64,000 nucleotides of DNA, from assembly GCF_006345805.1 (NCBI RefSeq), contig NC_043008.1:69936001-70000000 (forward strand), given 5' to 3'. Below, one piece after another: positions 13,169 through 26,182 of the stretch (within the stretch, counting starts at the first letter, position 1; every line of letters starts with the position of its first letter). A model generated the notes under the pieces. The model saw only the letters and a program-made list of their open reading frames with translations, was not told the DNA's origin and ran no database searches. This stretch comes from Octopus sinensis (Eukaryota). Made by a program: the position numbers and the translations under genes.

Positions 13169-15272
13169 ACCACTATATTTATCCACCCAGACACACACAT
13201 ATCAGGAAAGAAAATGAATTACAAGCATTATATTTAAATTCGTTGGTTTACTTCCAAATTCTGTATTTTCTTCTCATGATAAGAAAAAACCCAAAAGGCA
13301 TCTTTAAATTGATAACTAAATGGAAACAAAAAAACTTGAAACCTAAAGATACATTTACACACAGACACACGCACACAAGAAATACATAAATACATATATG
13401 TATGTGTGTATGTATTTCTCTGTCTGTCTGTTTCTCTATATATACACATACACACATATGTACACATGCATGTGTATACATTTACAGTTATATGTTTAAA
13501 CACAACTAAACTAAAATTCCTCAATTATTTGTACATTAATTTGTCGATGTTTGCATAGATGGAGGTTAAAGATATGGGTTACTAAATTTATAACAACTAA
13601 TTATAATGTGAAAAAAATCTGCAAAATGCAAAAAATATAAAACTTCTAAAATATGTAAAAGTGCAAAAATACAAAAAATACATATGACTGCAGATTCTAG
13701 AGTTTCGTTTATTCTTGCTTTGAAAATTAATCGAAGCATGTGGTTTTTTTACAGCTGGATGCCCTTCCTCTCTGAAACCATTCAGTTGTGAATTCAGTGC
13801 ATCATATCTATTAAGAAATAATAAAAAAATTTAAAAATGCAAAAGAAAGGAAAATGTTTTTTTTTTTTTGAAAAATGGTTTTTATGTTTGGCATGAAACC
13901 AAATAATTTGTGCACACTGAGTGGTGTGGTTTGGATGTAATTTGGTGCCAAGTACTTGACTGGTACTTATTTTATTGACTGTAAAATGATGCAGGGTACA
14001 GCCAACGTCTCTCGCTGGGATTTGAACTTAGAATGCAATAAGATGGAGCTAAAATCTCTAACATTTTTGAGGCTAGAGAAAAAAAAAATTCCTCTTAAAT
14101 GCAATCAAAAACCAAAAAGAGGAATAAGATATATGTTGCTTAATTAATATGAACAAAATAAATGCTGAAAAAAAACACCAAATGGTTATTTAAAAAACAA
14201 AATAAATATGAAGATTACTAGAAATAATTTTTGTTTTTCCTTAGTCTGGCACTTTACCATTTCTGCAATTCCTCTGCTTAATTCACCACATCTCCCACAA
14301 AATAGTGAGGAACATTAGAAGCAGGAAAAACTAACAAACATGAATGAAAATCTCTGGCAGAAACATCAGGTGCTTTTTTTTTTTTCTAATATAGCATTTT
14401 TTTTTTTTTGCATATGTTTGCAGTGTTGAGTCTTGTCAATGTAGACCTCCACTGGCTTGCATGAATTCTAAAATAACATTTTAAAATTTTACAAATCATC
14501 TGTCTTTGAACAGCCTTTTGGCACTAAGATGGAAAGGAGAATTATTGATCTTTTTCACTGTGGGGACCCTTTTATTAGCGTTGAGGTATGTGTTGTTTTG
14601 GGGACTCAAGAATTTGTTATTCTTTAGGCATAATTCTTTACTTGTTTTAACACCACCATCTGTCCCTTACTCCAAGTAGGGTTCACTCTGTTGTAGGTTT
14701 TAGGATCTATTAGGATCAGATGCCTCATATCTGAGGGTTACTTTCTCCCATTTTTCCAGCACTTGGAAGGCTCTGTAAAGAGTAATATGATTCATTCTTA
14801 GACTCATTTAAATGAAAAGGGGGATATTGCTGTTACATTCAGAAAACCAAGTATCATTTAGAAATGACAACATTGACTTGTGTCTCTGTGATGCACTGTT
14901 AAGGAGACATAAATACATACATTTGTGTGTGTGTGTGTGTGTGACATCATCATAACATCCATTTTTCCATTCTTCTATGGGTTTGACAGTGTTTATTGAT
15001 GCCAGTTTTCTCTGGTCTCATGCCCTTCCTGTTGCCAAACTTTATAATTGCCAAGCAGGGTAATATCTCCCCCATGGTCTGACATGTTTTCACAGAACAT
15101 AAGAAATGAATGACACCACTTGAATAACAGTGAGACTCATTTGCAACTATCACATATCAAGACTAGGTGACATTAACACACACACACACGTGTGCATACA
15201 TATATGTAGCATCGTCATCATCATCATCATCATCTTTTAATGTCCATGTTCCAGTCTGGTATGAGTTATTCA

Positions 15273-15817
15273 CAGGGTGCAGGGAATAAATTGTCATTCA
15301 AATTTCACAAAAATGAAGATATCACTGACATCTCATTTCAACAGATATATTTACCAAAATTGCATAAAAGTATCTTGAAATATTAAAGAGCAAATTCACT
15401 CAATAAAATCGCTATTGGCTTCAACCACAGCCTCCAGACGACTTCGGAACTTCCTGCAACTCTTCTGGATGGTCTCCTTGTTTAAATTATTGAATGCGGC
15501 CATAATCCTTGCCTTCAGTTCATATTTGGTGTTACAAGGAGTTGTTGGTCCCTCACTCAACTGTACCCCACACATAATAATCAAGCGGGGTTGTAGTCTG
15601 GGGAGATAGTGGCCAGATGTTAGGAGTGATGTAGTCACAGAAATTGTCTGACAGCCATGACTGGATTCTCCTGCTTGTGTAGCATGGTGCAGAGTGCTGT
15701 TGTCAAACATAGGATCTTCCATCAGCCAGCCTCTTGACCCAAGGCAGCACTACCTCCTTCTGGTACTTGATGTAGGCCTCCGCATTGAGTCTGAGATCGT
15801 GTGGGAAGATAAATGGC
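15273..15817 (-). mobile_element. Tc1/mariner DD37D (maT-like) transposon, 3' part, pseudogene
   Basis: TIR CAGGGTGCAGGGAATAAATTGTC at 15273. Frameshifted minus-strand translation gives QQ[D>H]SAPC...W....LDYYVWG...CRKFRSRLEAVVEANSDFIE*. The reconstructed spacing between the last two acidic positions is ~37 residues. Confidence 0.8.
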
Positions 15818-15861
15818 AACCTTACTAGTGCTGGTGCCATGAGAAAAGCACCCAGTAGCCT

Positions 15862-16375
15862 CCGTAAAATATATATTAGCAACAGAGACAATATTAATAC
15901 TGAGAAGTAATACTGATCCCCACTTAACAGTGGATGTTCTTTAGGAAAAACTATACTGTGGTAGGTATCTTGAGAGAAACTCATATCACTTACTGGTGCA
16001 AAGTGCACTCTTATTTATATAGTTAGTGAGGAGATAAATACCCGCTACCTCCAGTATTGAGACCATCAGATCACATGATTTTGACCTTTCTCGGTCTTGT
16101 TAATGATGGATGCTCAACCACTAGAGATAACAGTCACTTGTCTACCTGAAAACAATATATAGAGTAACAGTGCCAGAACTGGCACTGGAGTTGTGATTAG
16201 CCATTGAGATTGTTAAGAAATGTTTATTGGTGTGAGAAATAGTATTAATACCAAGAGATAATATTTATCCCCACTTAAGTGTGAGTGTTCTGTTGTTAAA
16301 ATTTTACTACAGTAGATGCCATGGGAGGTATTCCCGTATTGACTTTTGGTGCAAAATGTACACTTGTTTATATTG
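15862..16375 (-). mobile_element. About 1.5 tandem units (~355-bp period) with a decayed hammerhead (retrozyme or pLTR-like)
   Basis: 15862-16020 repeats directly at ~16215-16375 (shared TATTAATAC, ATCCCCACTTAA, GGTGCAAA). Hammerhead-shaped motif at 16063-16109 on the minus strand. Confidence 0.55.
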
Positions 16376-16525
16376 CTTTTACATGTTTGACATTGTGAAA
16401 AGCATCCAGCTGTAAATACCATGCCAAAGTAGACACTGAAGTATGATGTATCTCTCAAACCCATCAAATGCTATCAAACTGTCCAACCTATGCCAGCATG
16501 GAAGATGGGTGTTAAAGGATGATAG

Positions 16526-16740
16526 AAAGTGGCGAGCTGGCAGAAGCATTAGCATGCCGGGTGAAATGCTTAGCGGTATTTCGTCTGTCTTTATGTTCTG
16601 AGTTCAAATTCCGCAGAGGTCGACTTTGCCTTTCATCCTTTCAGGGTCGATAAATTAAGTACCAGTTGCGTTCAGGGGTCGATCTAATCGACTGGCCCCC
16701 TCCCCCAAAATTTCAGGCCTTGTGCTTAGAGTAGAAAAGA
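16526..16740 (+). mobile_element. SINE family B, full length, young
   Basis: CpG-rich consensus-like copy. Imperfect ~14-bp TSD TTAAAGGATGATAG (16512) / TTAAAAGATGATGG (16741). Inserted in the (GAT)n tail of a family D element. Confidence 0.9.
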
Positions 16741-17228
16741 TTAAAAGATGATGGTGATGATAAAAGTCTTAGTAGTCCTATATTTTAAGCACCCAAACAT
16801 GACCCTCCCTACCTTGTATTGACGTATTAATGTAAATCAGTCTCTGTATAATCATGACTTCAGTTACTGATCTCTTTACCAAAAATATGCTTTATCAGCT
16901 TTTTACATGGCTCACATTCTGTTAATACCTGCACATTTAATTCTTGTTCTTATAAGTATCTTAAGTGCAGTTACAACTAATTGTTTTTGTTTCTTTTTAA
17001 GTATATTAGAAGCATGAACAAGATGTTTATAACCACCTATGAAATACTATATTTATGGGTGAGGGATAGATCGTACACAGGTTGTCTAATTTGCTAACAG
17101 AACATCTAAAACAAACCATTAATTCTTGCTTTGCTGTGAGTTTCAAGTATTAGCTGGCATTCTATGACATGTTTCTAAATTCAGCAGAGAACACAATCCA
17201 GACTGGAGTCTTCTATATAAACTACTTG

Positions 17229-17272
<44 letters not shown>

Positions 17273-17274
<2 letters not shown>

Positions 17275-17670
17275 GTTATCCGTAATAATGAAGGGTGAAA
17301 TTAATTAATTTGAAAAATTATCAATTACACCAAGTTCTTCGGGCATGTAAAAGCCTCATTCGAGAAAATTTAAGTAATACTAAGCAATAAGGGTTTAGCA
17401 ACGAGTTGCCTTACCACATACCGAATTTAGAATAGCAGTCAAAGGGTTATAGCTATTTCTTCTACTAAAAAGGGAGATCTCAGTAAAAACTAAAAAAATG
17501 TATGATAGATTGCAGTCAATTCATTCTCTCTTACCTGTTGTGTCTGCCTTCCAAATGCTGTTTTTACTGAGATCTCCCTTTTAGTAGAAGAAATAGCTAT
17601 AACCCTTTGACTGCTATTTCTAATTCGGTATGTGTAAGGCAACTCGTTGCTAAACCCTTATGCTTAGTAT
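17273..17670. repeat. Fold-back element A: ~112-bp inverted arms, ~70-bp spacer
   Basis: 17377-17490 is the reverse complement of 17560-17670 with few differences. Flanked by (TA)n. Confidence 0.9.
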
Positions 17671-17931
17671 ATATATTATATATATAATGTACACACACAC
17701 ACACACACCACACACACATATATATATATATATAATGTACATATATATTGTACATATATGTATATATGTGTATATATGTACATATATATATATATGTGTA
17801 TATATGTACATGTGTATATATGTATATATATATATATGTGTGTATTTGTATATATAAAGATAAACTTAATTGGAAATGGATGCGTAACGTTCAGACAAAT
17901 AATAATATAATCTATATATATATATATATAC

Positions 17932-18553
17932 ACGATATAGTGCATATTTATACACATAAGGAATCCACTTAGGGTGAGATTCAACACATTATAGAAACAC
18001 AAAAATAACGGATAAAATTTGACAGGAATAAATTTGGAAATGAAAAATATTTACCATCTCGTACCCCTGACCAAATTGGTTTCTGATCTTCTTTTAGCAA
18101 GTTGGGGGAACTCGCAAGGTCTGATCTTTTCGGCGAGGTCCAACCTGGGGTTAAAACATATAAGACAGAAGACAAGCACTGCTACCTGTCTCCTGTTTAT
18201 ACGATCTAACTTTTCAAATTTTTCTGTGTAATCGCAGAACTGCAGGACTGCGATTACGCAGAAAAATTTGAAAAGTTAGATCACATAAACAGGAGACAGG
18301 TAGCAGTGCTTGTCTTCTGTCTTATATGTTTTAACCCCAGTTTGGACCTCGCCGAAAAGATCAGACCTTGCGAGTTCCCCCGACTTGCTAAAAGAAGATC
18401 AGAAACCAATTTGGTCAGGGGTATGAGATGGTAAATGTTTTTCATTTCCAAATTTATTCCTGTCGAATTTTATCTGTTATTTTTGTGTTTCTATAATGTG
18501 TTGAATCTCACCATAAGTGGATTCCTTATGTGTATAAATATGCACTATATCGT
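17932..18553. repeat. Fold-back element B: 622-bp spacer-less palindrome
   Basis: Centre CTG|CAG at 18242/18243. Arms are 311 bp with no indels and about 12 mismatches by eye. Confidence 0.95.
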
Positions 18554-18776
18554 ATAACTAATACATAGTCTTCTTGACTAATTTTTTTTTGCACGTTAGA
18601 CCACTGGAAATGTAAATTTTGATTGAATATTTTAAATTTAATTAAATTCCATTTCCCTTTGATATGATTGAAACCTAGCGGATCTATTTTTAGTGCTAGA
18701 GTCGACCACATAGTGGTTACTCTCTTATATTTATATATATATATATATATATACATACATATGCATATATATATAT

Positions 18777-19066
18777 ACACATGCATATATGGGTACAGGA
18801 CATCAACAACAATAAACAAAATGAAATACAAAAGCAAATGAGTTCAATACACAAACAATGAGAGAAACAAATGGAAAACAGGACAAGTAACCTAAAGAAC
18901 GACCCTTCATCACTTGTTGGCTGTCCATCTACTCCTCATTTTGAGCATTGTCATTCGATGCTTTATGTTACTTGTCCTGTTTTCCATTTGTTTCTCTCAT
19001 TGTTTGTGTATTGAACTCATTTGGTTTTGTATTTCATGTTGGAGACATCCTGTACCCATAAATGCA

Positions 19067-19071
<5 letters not shown>
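18777..19071. repeat. Fold-back element C: inverted arms with ~63-bp spacer
   Basis: 18777-18897 vs 18961-19071 (GGGTACAGGA...TCCTGTACCC; AACAGGACAAGTAAC/GTTACTTGTCCTGTT). Flanked by (TA)n. Confidence 0.9.
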
Positions 19072-19125
<54 letters not shown>

Positions 19126-19399
19126 TATATTATTACATGTATATATGTGTACACATGTATGTGCGTACATATATATATTATGTATAAACATATTAACATA
19201 TATGTATGTGTGTACATATGTATATTATATATATAAATATATATGTATATGTATTATATGACCTCCTCTCACAAATACTAATTGGACACAGACAATGTGT
19301 CATTAGCCAGCTGGAGGAGATATCTTCCTGGGTCTAAAAGCAACAATAACATCATCCTCTATGGGACCACCGCGTTTAGTTTGCAAATAGATTTTACAA

Positions 19400-19626
19400 A
19401 TATATATATATTTAATAGACACAGTACATGTTTTTATGTGCTACTGCTACTAATAGTTTCATATGTCGAGAAATAATTCATCAGGTACAAAACACATATA
19501 ACAAACAAAAAAATTGAATTAGTACATTATGGTATGTGGTTTGTGCCTGATGAATATGTTTGAGGCATTTCTCAACATATGAAACTATTAGTATTATGTC
19601 TATTAGTATTATGTCTATTATATATA
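19400..19626. repeat. Fold-back element D with a hammerhead motif in each arm
   Basis: TACTAATAGTTTCATATGTCGAGAAAT (19448) vs ATTTCTCAACATATGAAACTATTAGTA (19567). TTCATCAGG vs CCTGATGAA. Confidence 0.85.
19543..19597 (+). ncRNA. Minimal type I hammerhead ribozyme motif
   Basis: CTGATGA(19547)-ATATGTTTGAG/CTCAACATAT stem II-GAAAC(19581)-TATTA-GTA(19591). The 3' strand of stem I is poor in this copy but present (GCA) in the mirror copy. Confidence 0.6.
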
Positions 19627-19715
19627 ATTTACCTCTCACCAGATGGAGTCTTTATTTTGCTGGTCTTACCGTCATGCAACAGTACATTGTACACACACAG
19701 CTAGATTGATATATA

Positions 19716-20034
19716 CAGGGTGCAGTGAATAAACTGTCGTCTAAATTACACAAATATGAATACAACACTGGCATCTCATTTTAACAGATGATTTTTATCA
19801 CTCTTAGTACATGTCCTCAGATTGACACCCAAACATGGAGTTTCCAGTGTAAATCCCAAGCAGTACAGCATGTTGTTTCCAAATTTCTGGCAGAGTGTAT
19901 TGCACAATGGTGCTGTTTTCTCACAGTGTCCAACTGACGCTACCATACTGTGTAGTCCACAAAATCGAAAACAAACAATGCACATGCCCGAAATTAAAGA
20001 TATAAAATAGCAACACTTTACCCATCAGACTCTA
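19716..20034 (-). mobile_element. Internally deleted (MITE-like) derivative of the DD37D mariner-like element
   Basis: Left end TA|CAGGGTGCAGTGAATAAACTGTC matches 15273. The right part matches 27480-27718. Flanked by TA. Confidence 0.8.
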
Positions 20035-20493
20035 TATATAAATATACATATATGTCTATATCTACCCATTGCCCTCTGTACCTATACATCTCTCTCTCTC
20101 TATATATATGTATGTATATTTATATATATACCTTAGACTGCATGAATTTAAATGAAATAAACTCAGTTTATTACAGTTTATCACTCTCTCAATGGATGAA
20201 TGGCAGAATTGGCCTATGACCCTTTGACTGCTGGAAAGAATGCGAGTTGGGCATCAAATAACAATTTATTGACCCTGCGGAGGTGAAGCTAAATACTCTA
20301 GAATATTTAGCTTTGGTGTTTTATTATGTCTGTCACTCCTCTGTGACCACCACTTCTATTACTCTGAGTAAACCTAAAAGCAGGATGTTACATATATATG
20401 TGTGTGTACTATATAAATATATATATATATATATATACACACACATATATACATAAAAATATGTATGTATGAGTATACATTTACACATGTGTA

Positions 20494-20535
<42 letters not shown>

Positions 20536-21439
20536 TGCATTGTAGATAGTGCATGGCGTCAGGTGGTTGTACATTTTACATTTTGGAGAAAGAGCATATT
20601 GAAAACAAAAGAAATGGTAAATTTGTCCATTTGTTACCACCAGGCAGCAGATAATATCCCTATTCCAAAGTAGGAAAAAAAAAACGGAACAAAAAAATAT
20701 AATAAAAGGAAATAAAAAAAAGAACTGTTGCATGCATTTACTCCTTTACTTTGATGTGCACAGAATATAATTTCCTTTGCACACATACTAGTTGCATAAC
20801 GTGACCTGTTGCTGCACAGATGCACAACAAAACATAGAGAGAAAACTTCACTCTGCCCACAGGAGAAATTCATTCTTAGAATGCGAAATAAAACCGGCAA
20901 AATATAATAAAGTAAATACTTTTTTAAAAAGGAAAAAAAAAAACACATTAAAAAAGAAGCGTAAAAACAACTTACGTGTTTGAAGTAAATTTCAGCTACA
21001 AGCAATAGCTGGAAATAACTGTTATAGGGTTTGAAATCATTTGTGTGTGTGTGTGTACGTATATATATATATACATGCACACACAGAAAAAGAGAACAGA
21101 TATGCATAAATATAATATTGTTATCTTTATTATTATTAGTAATGATAATATTTACTTCAGACCCTCCCTTCAGCTGTCATTTTGTACTGGCTCTTGCTGG
21201 CAGAATTTATTTGTAAGAGTGAATTATTATTATTATCATGTACATAGTCATTGTTGTTGCCGTGGTCATCGCCATCTCCATCCTTGTCATTACCATCATC
21301 ATCATCACTCACATTTTTCATTATTCTCGTCCTTGTTATCAGCATCATCACCATCATCGATGTTGTCCTCATTATCTCATCAACCTAATCATTATTATCA
21401 TCAACATCGTATTTTTCTGTCATCATCATCATTACCATG

Positions 21440-21975
21440 GAATGACAGAGTCACTATAGTGTCAGACAGAATGTCTTGCAGTATTTATTCTCTTTACTTT
21501 CTGTGTTCAAAACCCACTGAGGTCAAATTAACCTTTCATCTCTCCAGAGACTAGAAACTATAAAATAAAAGAAGGGTTCAGTGAGGAGACTGATTCCTCT
21601 TCTCAAATTTCTGACCTTCTGCCTGAATTAGAAACAATTATTATTATTATTCTGTTCTGAGTTCAAATGCTGCCATAGTCAACTTTGCTTTTCATCCTTT
21701 CCAGTTTGATAAAATAAGCATCAATTCACTACTGCAGTTGATATATTTGACTAGCCTCTTCCCTCAAAATTTCCTGCCTTGTACCTATAGTTGAAAGGTT
21801 TATTATGATCATTATTGTTGTTGCTTTGCATTGCCAGATTTGCCAGTAAGAGGCAAAATGTTTTGCACTACTTAGCAATCTCTTCATTTACATCCTTACC
21901 ATTGAGCTTAACCTTGTCTTTCATCCTTTCACAGACAGCACCAGCTCTGTTTCTAGAATAGATATAATTGACTTC
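21440..21975 (+). mobile_element. Cluster of ~3 degraded SINE B copies
   Basis: GTTCAAA and CTTTCATC motifs recur at ~21505, ~21660 and ~21918, with (TTA)n linkers. Confidence 0.6.
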
Positions 21976-23849
21976 ATAGTATATTACATAGTGATATCAT
22001 AATATTGTACTATGATATTGATATCACAGTACAATATTGTGATATCACTGTACTGTAGAGTGTTCCCACAGAACAACTTAGCAGTGTTACTATACAGCCG
22101 TGCAATACTGTGCAGTTGTAAATGTCAACAGAATCAGTTGAGCATCAGACAAAATGCCTTGCTATATTTCTTCAAGTTCTTTAAGTTCTGGGTTCAAATT
22201 TTTACATGGTCAAATTTACCTTACGTCTTTCCCTAACAGTTAATGAAATAAAATATTAATCAAGTGCAGGGATCACTGAAATTGACTAATAACCTAATCC
22301 TTAAAAATTTCTGACTTTGTCCCTAAATTAGAGATAAATATTTCACATTTACAAACTAATACATGTGGTTATGTCAAGTCACAATACTTCTACTGACTGC
22401 ACAAATAAATTAATATGTAACATATTGTCGTCCCTGAGTTAAGAACCTAAATTTGCTTCTACCTACCAGATTCAACCTTCTACTACCTTTCTATCTAAAA
22501 ATATTTCCCCACTTCATTGTTTCAATAAAATTCTAAAATAATTGTTTTTTTTTAGATTGGGCATGTAAAATGACAAAAAAGTATTTTTATTGATATATCA
22601 AAATGATGATGATTTTAAATTTTAATATAAATATCCTGAATCAGCTGCTACAAACTCAATCAAAGACAATTTCTCTTCCATAAAACAATGACAAAACCAA
22701 TAGAATATAAGTTAAAACAGTGCTCCAGCATGGCTACATTCCTACGACTGAAACCATTGAAAGAAGAAAAGAAAGAATGCAAATGTGGGTAGTATCAGGC
22801 ACCTTGGTATTCTTTGATGACTAGCAGTATCAAGTGGATTGATAATGAAGGAGTTATGTGAGTGAGTAAAAGAACAATAAAAAGAAATCAATGGGTGGAA
22901 CAGTCTTTCAAATGATGCTCATGGTTGGATTGTTAGCTGTAACAAAGACAGGACTGAGCTGTTGTCAAACAATTCTGCCAAAACATTAACAGGCTGATCC
23001 TGGTAAATATAACAACATTGGATATGAAATGATAAAAATATTTCTTTTAAAATGCAAAGAAGTTTGTTTTCTTCTTCCTGACGTCCAAGATTGTCTCAAT
23101 ATTTTTAATTTGCTAACAGCTAATGGCTGTGTTCTTCCGTATCTTCCTGTGCAATGTCTATAATTCCAGTCCTTTCAAAATCCATCCTATCTACCTGCCA
23201 ATTTTCACAGGAGTTCTTCATAATTCCGCCTTCATATTGAAACAGAATTTTCAAAAATCAAAAGACGACAAAGAAAACTCAGTCCCACCAAACAGAACGG
23301 ACAATTTTCTTGATATATTTATGTCATCTAAATTCCTTAGCTATCATATTTCTTTTTTCCTCCATACTACTGCTGTTCTTTTTCTCTCATACAGAATGGA
23401 ATATATTCTACTATAATTACAATATTTACATTTTATTCTTTGTACCGATATTCTCTTTTTCAGATATAGCAATTTGAAAAATACTTTTATATATGTGTGT
23501 GTCTCTCTTTCTCACCCTCTCCCTCCTTCTCTCTCTCTCTCTCTTTGTGTGTGTGTGTGAGTGCAAATGTGTGAGTGTGTTTGTAATGTATTTATATATG
23601 CACATGCATGCATGCAAACATACACAGATGTATACATACAAATACACATGCATAAATACATATATATGTATATGTTGTGTGCTTATATATATGTGTCTGT
23701 GTGCACATGTATATGTGTGTCTGTGTATATATAAAAAGCACACACATCTATATACTGTTATATATGTACATATATATATGTGTGTTTGTATGTATGTGTG
23801 TGTATGTGTCATAGATAGATAATGTAAATATTAGTGGATAAAGTAATCA

Positions 23850-25900
23850 AGGATATGAAAAGAGGAAAGCTGCATTTCCATGAAGGATAGTCAGCAGTGA
23901 TGCTTACAATATCTAGGGAAGTGGGATACAAGATTACCACCTGAATAAGTTAATCAAGTGATTCAGAGGTGATGACTTGCTTAGCAGTATTGCTATGAAA
24001 ACTGCCATAAGGGCAAAGATGTTGCCTTAAAGAGTAGCATAGCAACTATAGAGTAATCAAACTTCTGGACCAACTTATGAAAGACATAGAGAAAGACTGA
24101 ATAAATGTGGATGAAATGCAGTTTGGCTTTGTCCCTGGAAAAGGTACCTCAGATGCAGTCTTTCTACTGAGGCAATTGCAAGAGAAATACTTGGCTAAAA
24201 ATGAACTGCTGTTCTTGGCTTTTGTTGAATTTAAGAAAACATCTCACAGTGTAACCTGTTCAGTAATTTGGTGGACTCTGAGGAAACTAGGTTCAAATGA
24301 ATGGCTTGCATAGGTGGTTCAGTGCTATGTACAAAGATGCAGTAAATGAAGTGAAAGCTGATAATGACTTCAGTGGTGAGTCAGCATGATAGTAGGAATC
24401 CATCAAGGTTCAGTCCTTAGTCCTCTCCTATTCATCATAGTCCTACAAGCCATCACAGAGGATTTTAAGGTGAACTGCCCATGGGGCTCCGAGATGCAGA
24501 TGATCTAGTTGTCATAGCCGAATCTACAAAAGAATTAGAGAAGAAATTACAGGCATGGAAGCTAAATCTGAAATTGAGGGTTTTAGTAAGTAGGAAAGAA
24601 AACATGACCCAGATACCCTTAGAGAAATGACCTTGCTCAGTATATAGAAAACGGATTGGCTTGAATTTCATATACTGTACTCAATGTAAGCTATGGACAC
24701 ACAAAAGATGTTATGAAATCACTGGAAGACTATCTGAAAATGTAAACTTCATATGTGATAGATGCACTGGAGTAGTACTGAAGAGTACACCATAAAGTGA
24801 ATCTCTTAATTGCCCAGATGCCTCATTAGAAGTAGTTGATTGCTTTTGATACCTAGGAGATGTAATTAGTAAGAGGAGTGGTTAGCCTGAAAGTATAGTA
24901 GTTCAGGGAGCTACTTACCACCATTGGCCACAAAGATTTTTTCACTAACATTGAAGAGCAGATTGTAAGATGCTTGTGTTAGAACTGCAATAATTTATGG
25001 CAATGAAATATGGACCTTGGATGCAGATAACTTGAGAAGACTGGAGAGAAATAAAGCAAGCATGCTCCATTGAATGTGCAGTGTGAATGTGGATGAAAGA
25101 ATTAGTATAAAAGGTAGCTGGGTATAAGAGAAATCAGATGTTGTCTTCAAGAAAAAGGACTATGCTGGTATGGACATATGATGCATATGAATGAGGACAC
25201 CTGCGCTAAGTGCTGATTGCTCAGTGTAGCTGGAACTTGTGAAAGGGGAAGACCCTGAAAGACATTGGATGAAGTGGTCAAAACTGACCTTAAGACCCTG
25301 AGCCTGAGATAAAAGATGACTAAGGACCAGGACCTCTGGCAGTCTCAGTCTCCACCTATGTTACAGTTACCCTCCTCAGTCCTCATACATCATACCTACC
25401 CCTACCTCGTGGCTATATCATCTCGCTACTCTTGCTACTCCCCCTTCTCTGCCACCAGTCCCCTCATACAATCTTGCTAACCAACACTCAAATCTATTCA
25501 ACCAATCTTTGTGAAGAACACCTTGGCACCTGATCCTCAGTATCTATCTCTTACATTTCCTCCTGATCATTTTCTAATCCTGTCCCCTTCTTTCCCTTAC
25601 TAGATGTGAGTAGCCGTTCAGACCTCTCCACAAGAAACTGTTCAACCTCTCACCTTTCTCATAGTAATCCCCTCATCCCTTAGCATGAAACTGCTGACCA
25701 CCTTATCCCTAGGATTCATGGTAACCTCAATAGTACAGGTGGAATGAAAAAACCACCCAGTCCATGCTGTAAAGTGGTTGGAGTTAGGAGGGGTATCCAG
25801 CTGCAGAAAACATCCTGGAACAGACATTGGATACATTGGATCCTGTCAAACCAGCCAATCCATGCAGTATGGAACATGGACGTTAATGGATGATGATGAT
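23850..25900 (+). mobile_element. Old RTE-clade LINE: RT pseudogene with PHD-like insert, 3' UTR and (GAT)n tail
   Basis: QFGFVPGKGTSDAVFLLRQLQEKY (24119), GIHQGSVLSPLLF (24395), DADDL (24492), VDCF*YLGD (24835), GRP*KTL (25247). Many stops and frameshifts. Confidence 0.9.
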
Positions 25901-26132
25901 ATATATATGATGTCTGTATAAATGGCTATGCATACACATGGATATTTATAATGTATGCATATACACACACAAGCTGATAGATATGTATATATTGATGTAT
26001 GTACATACATAGATGCATACATGCATACGTTATGTGATTTTACGTGTGCGTGTGTATGTATATATGTATATATACATATGTGTGTATATATATGTGTATG
26101 TATATATATATGTGGATGTATATATATATGTG

Positions 26133-26182
<50 letters not shown>

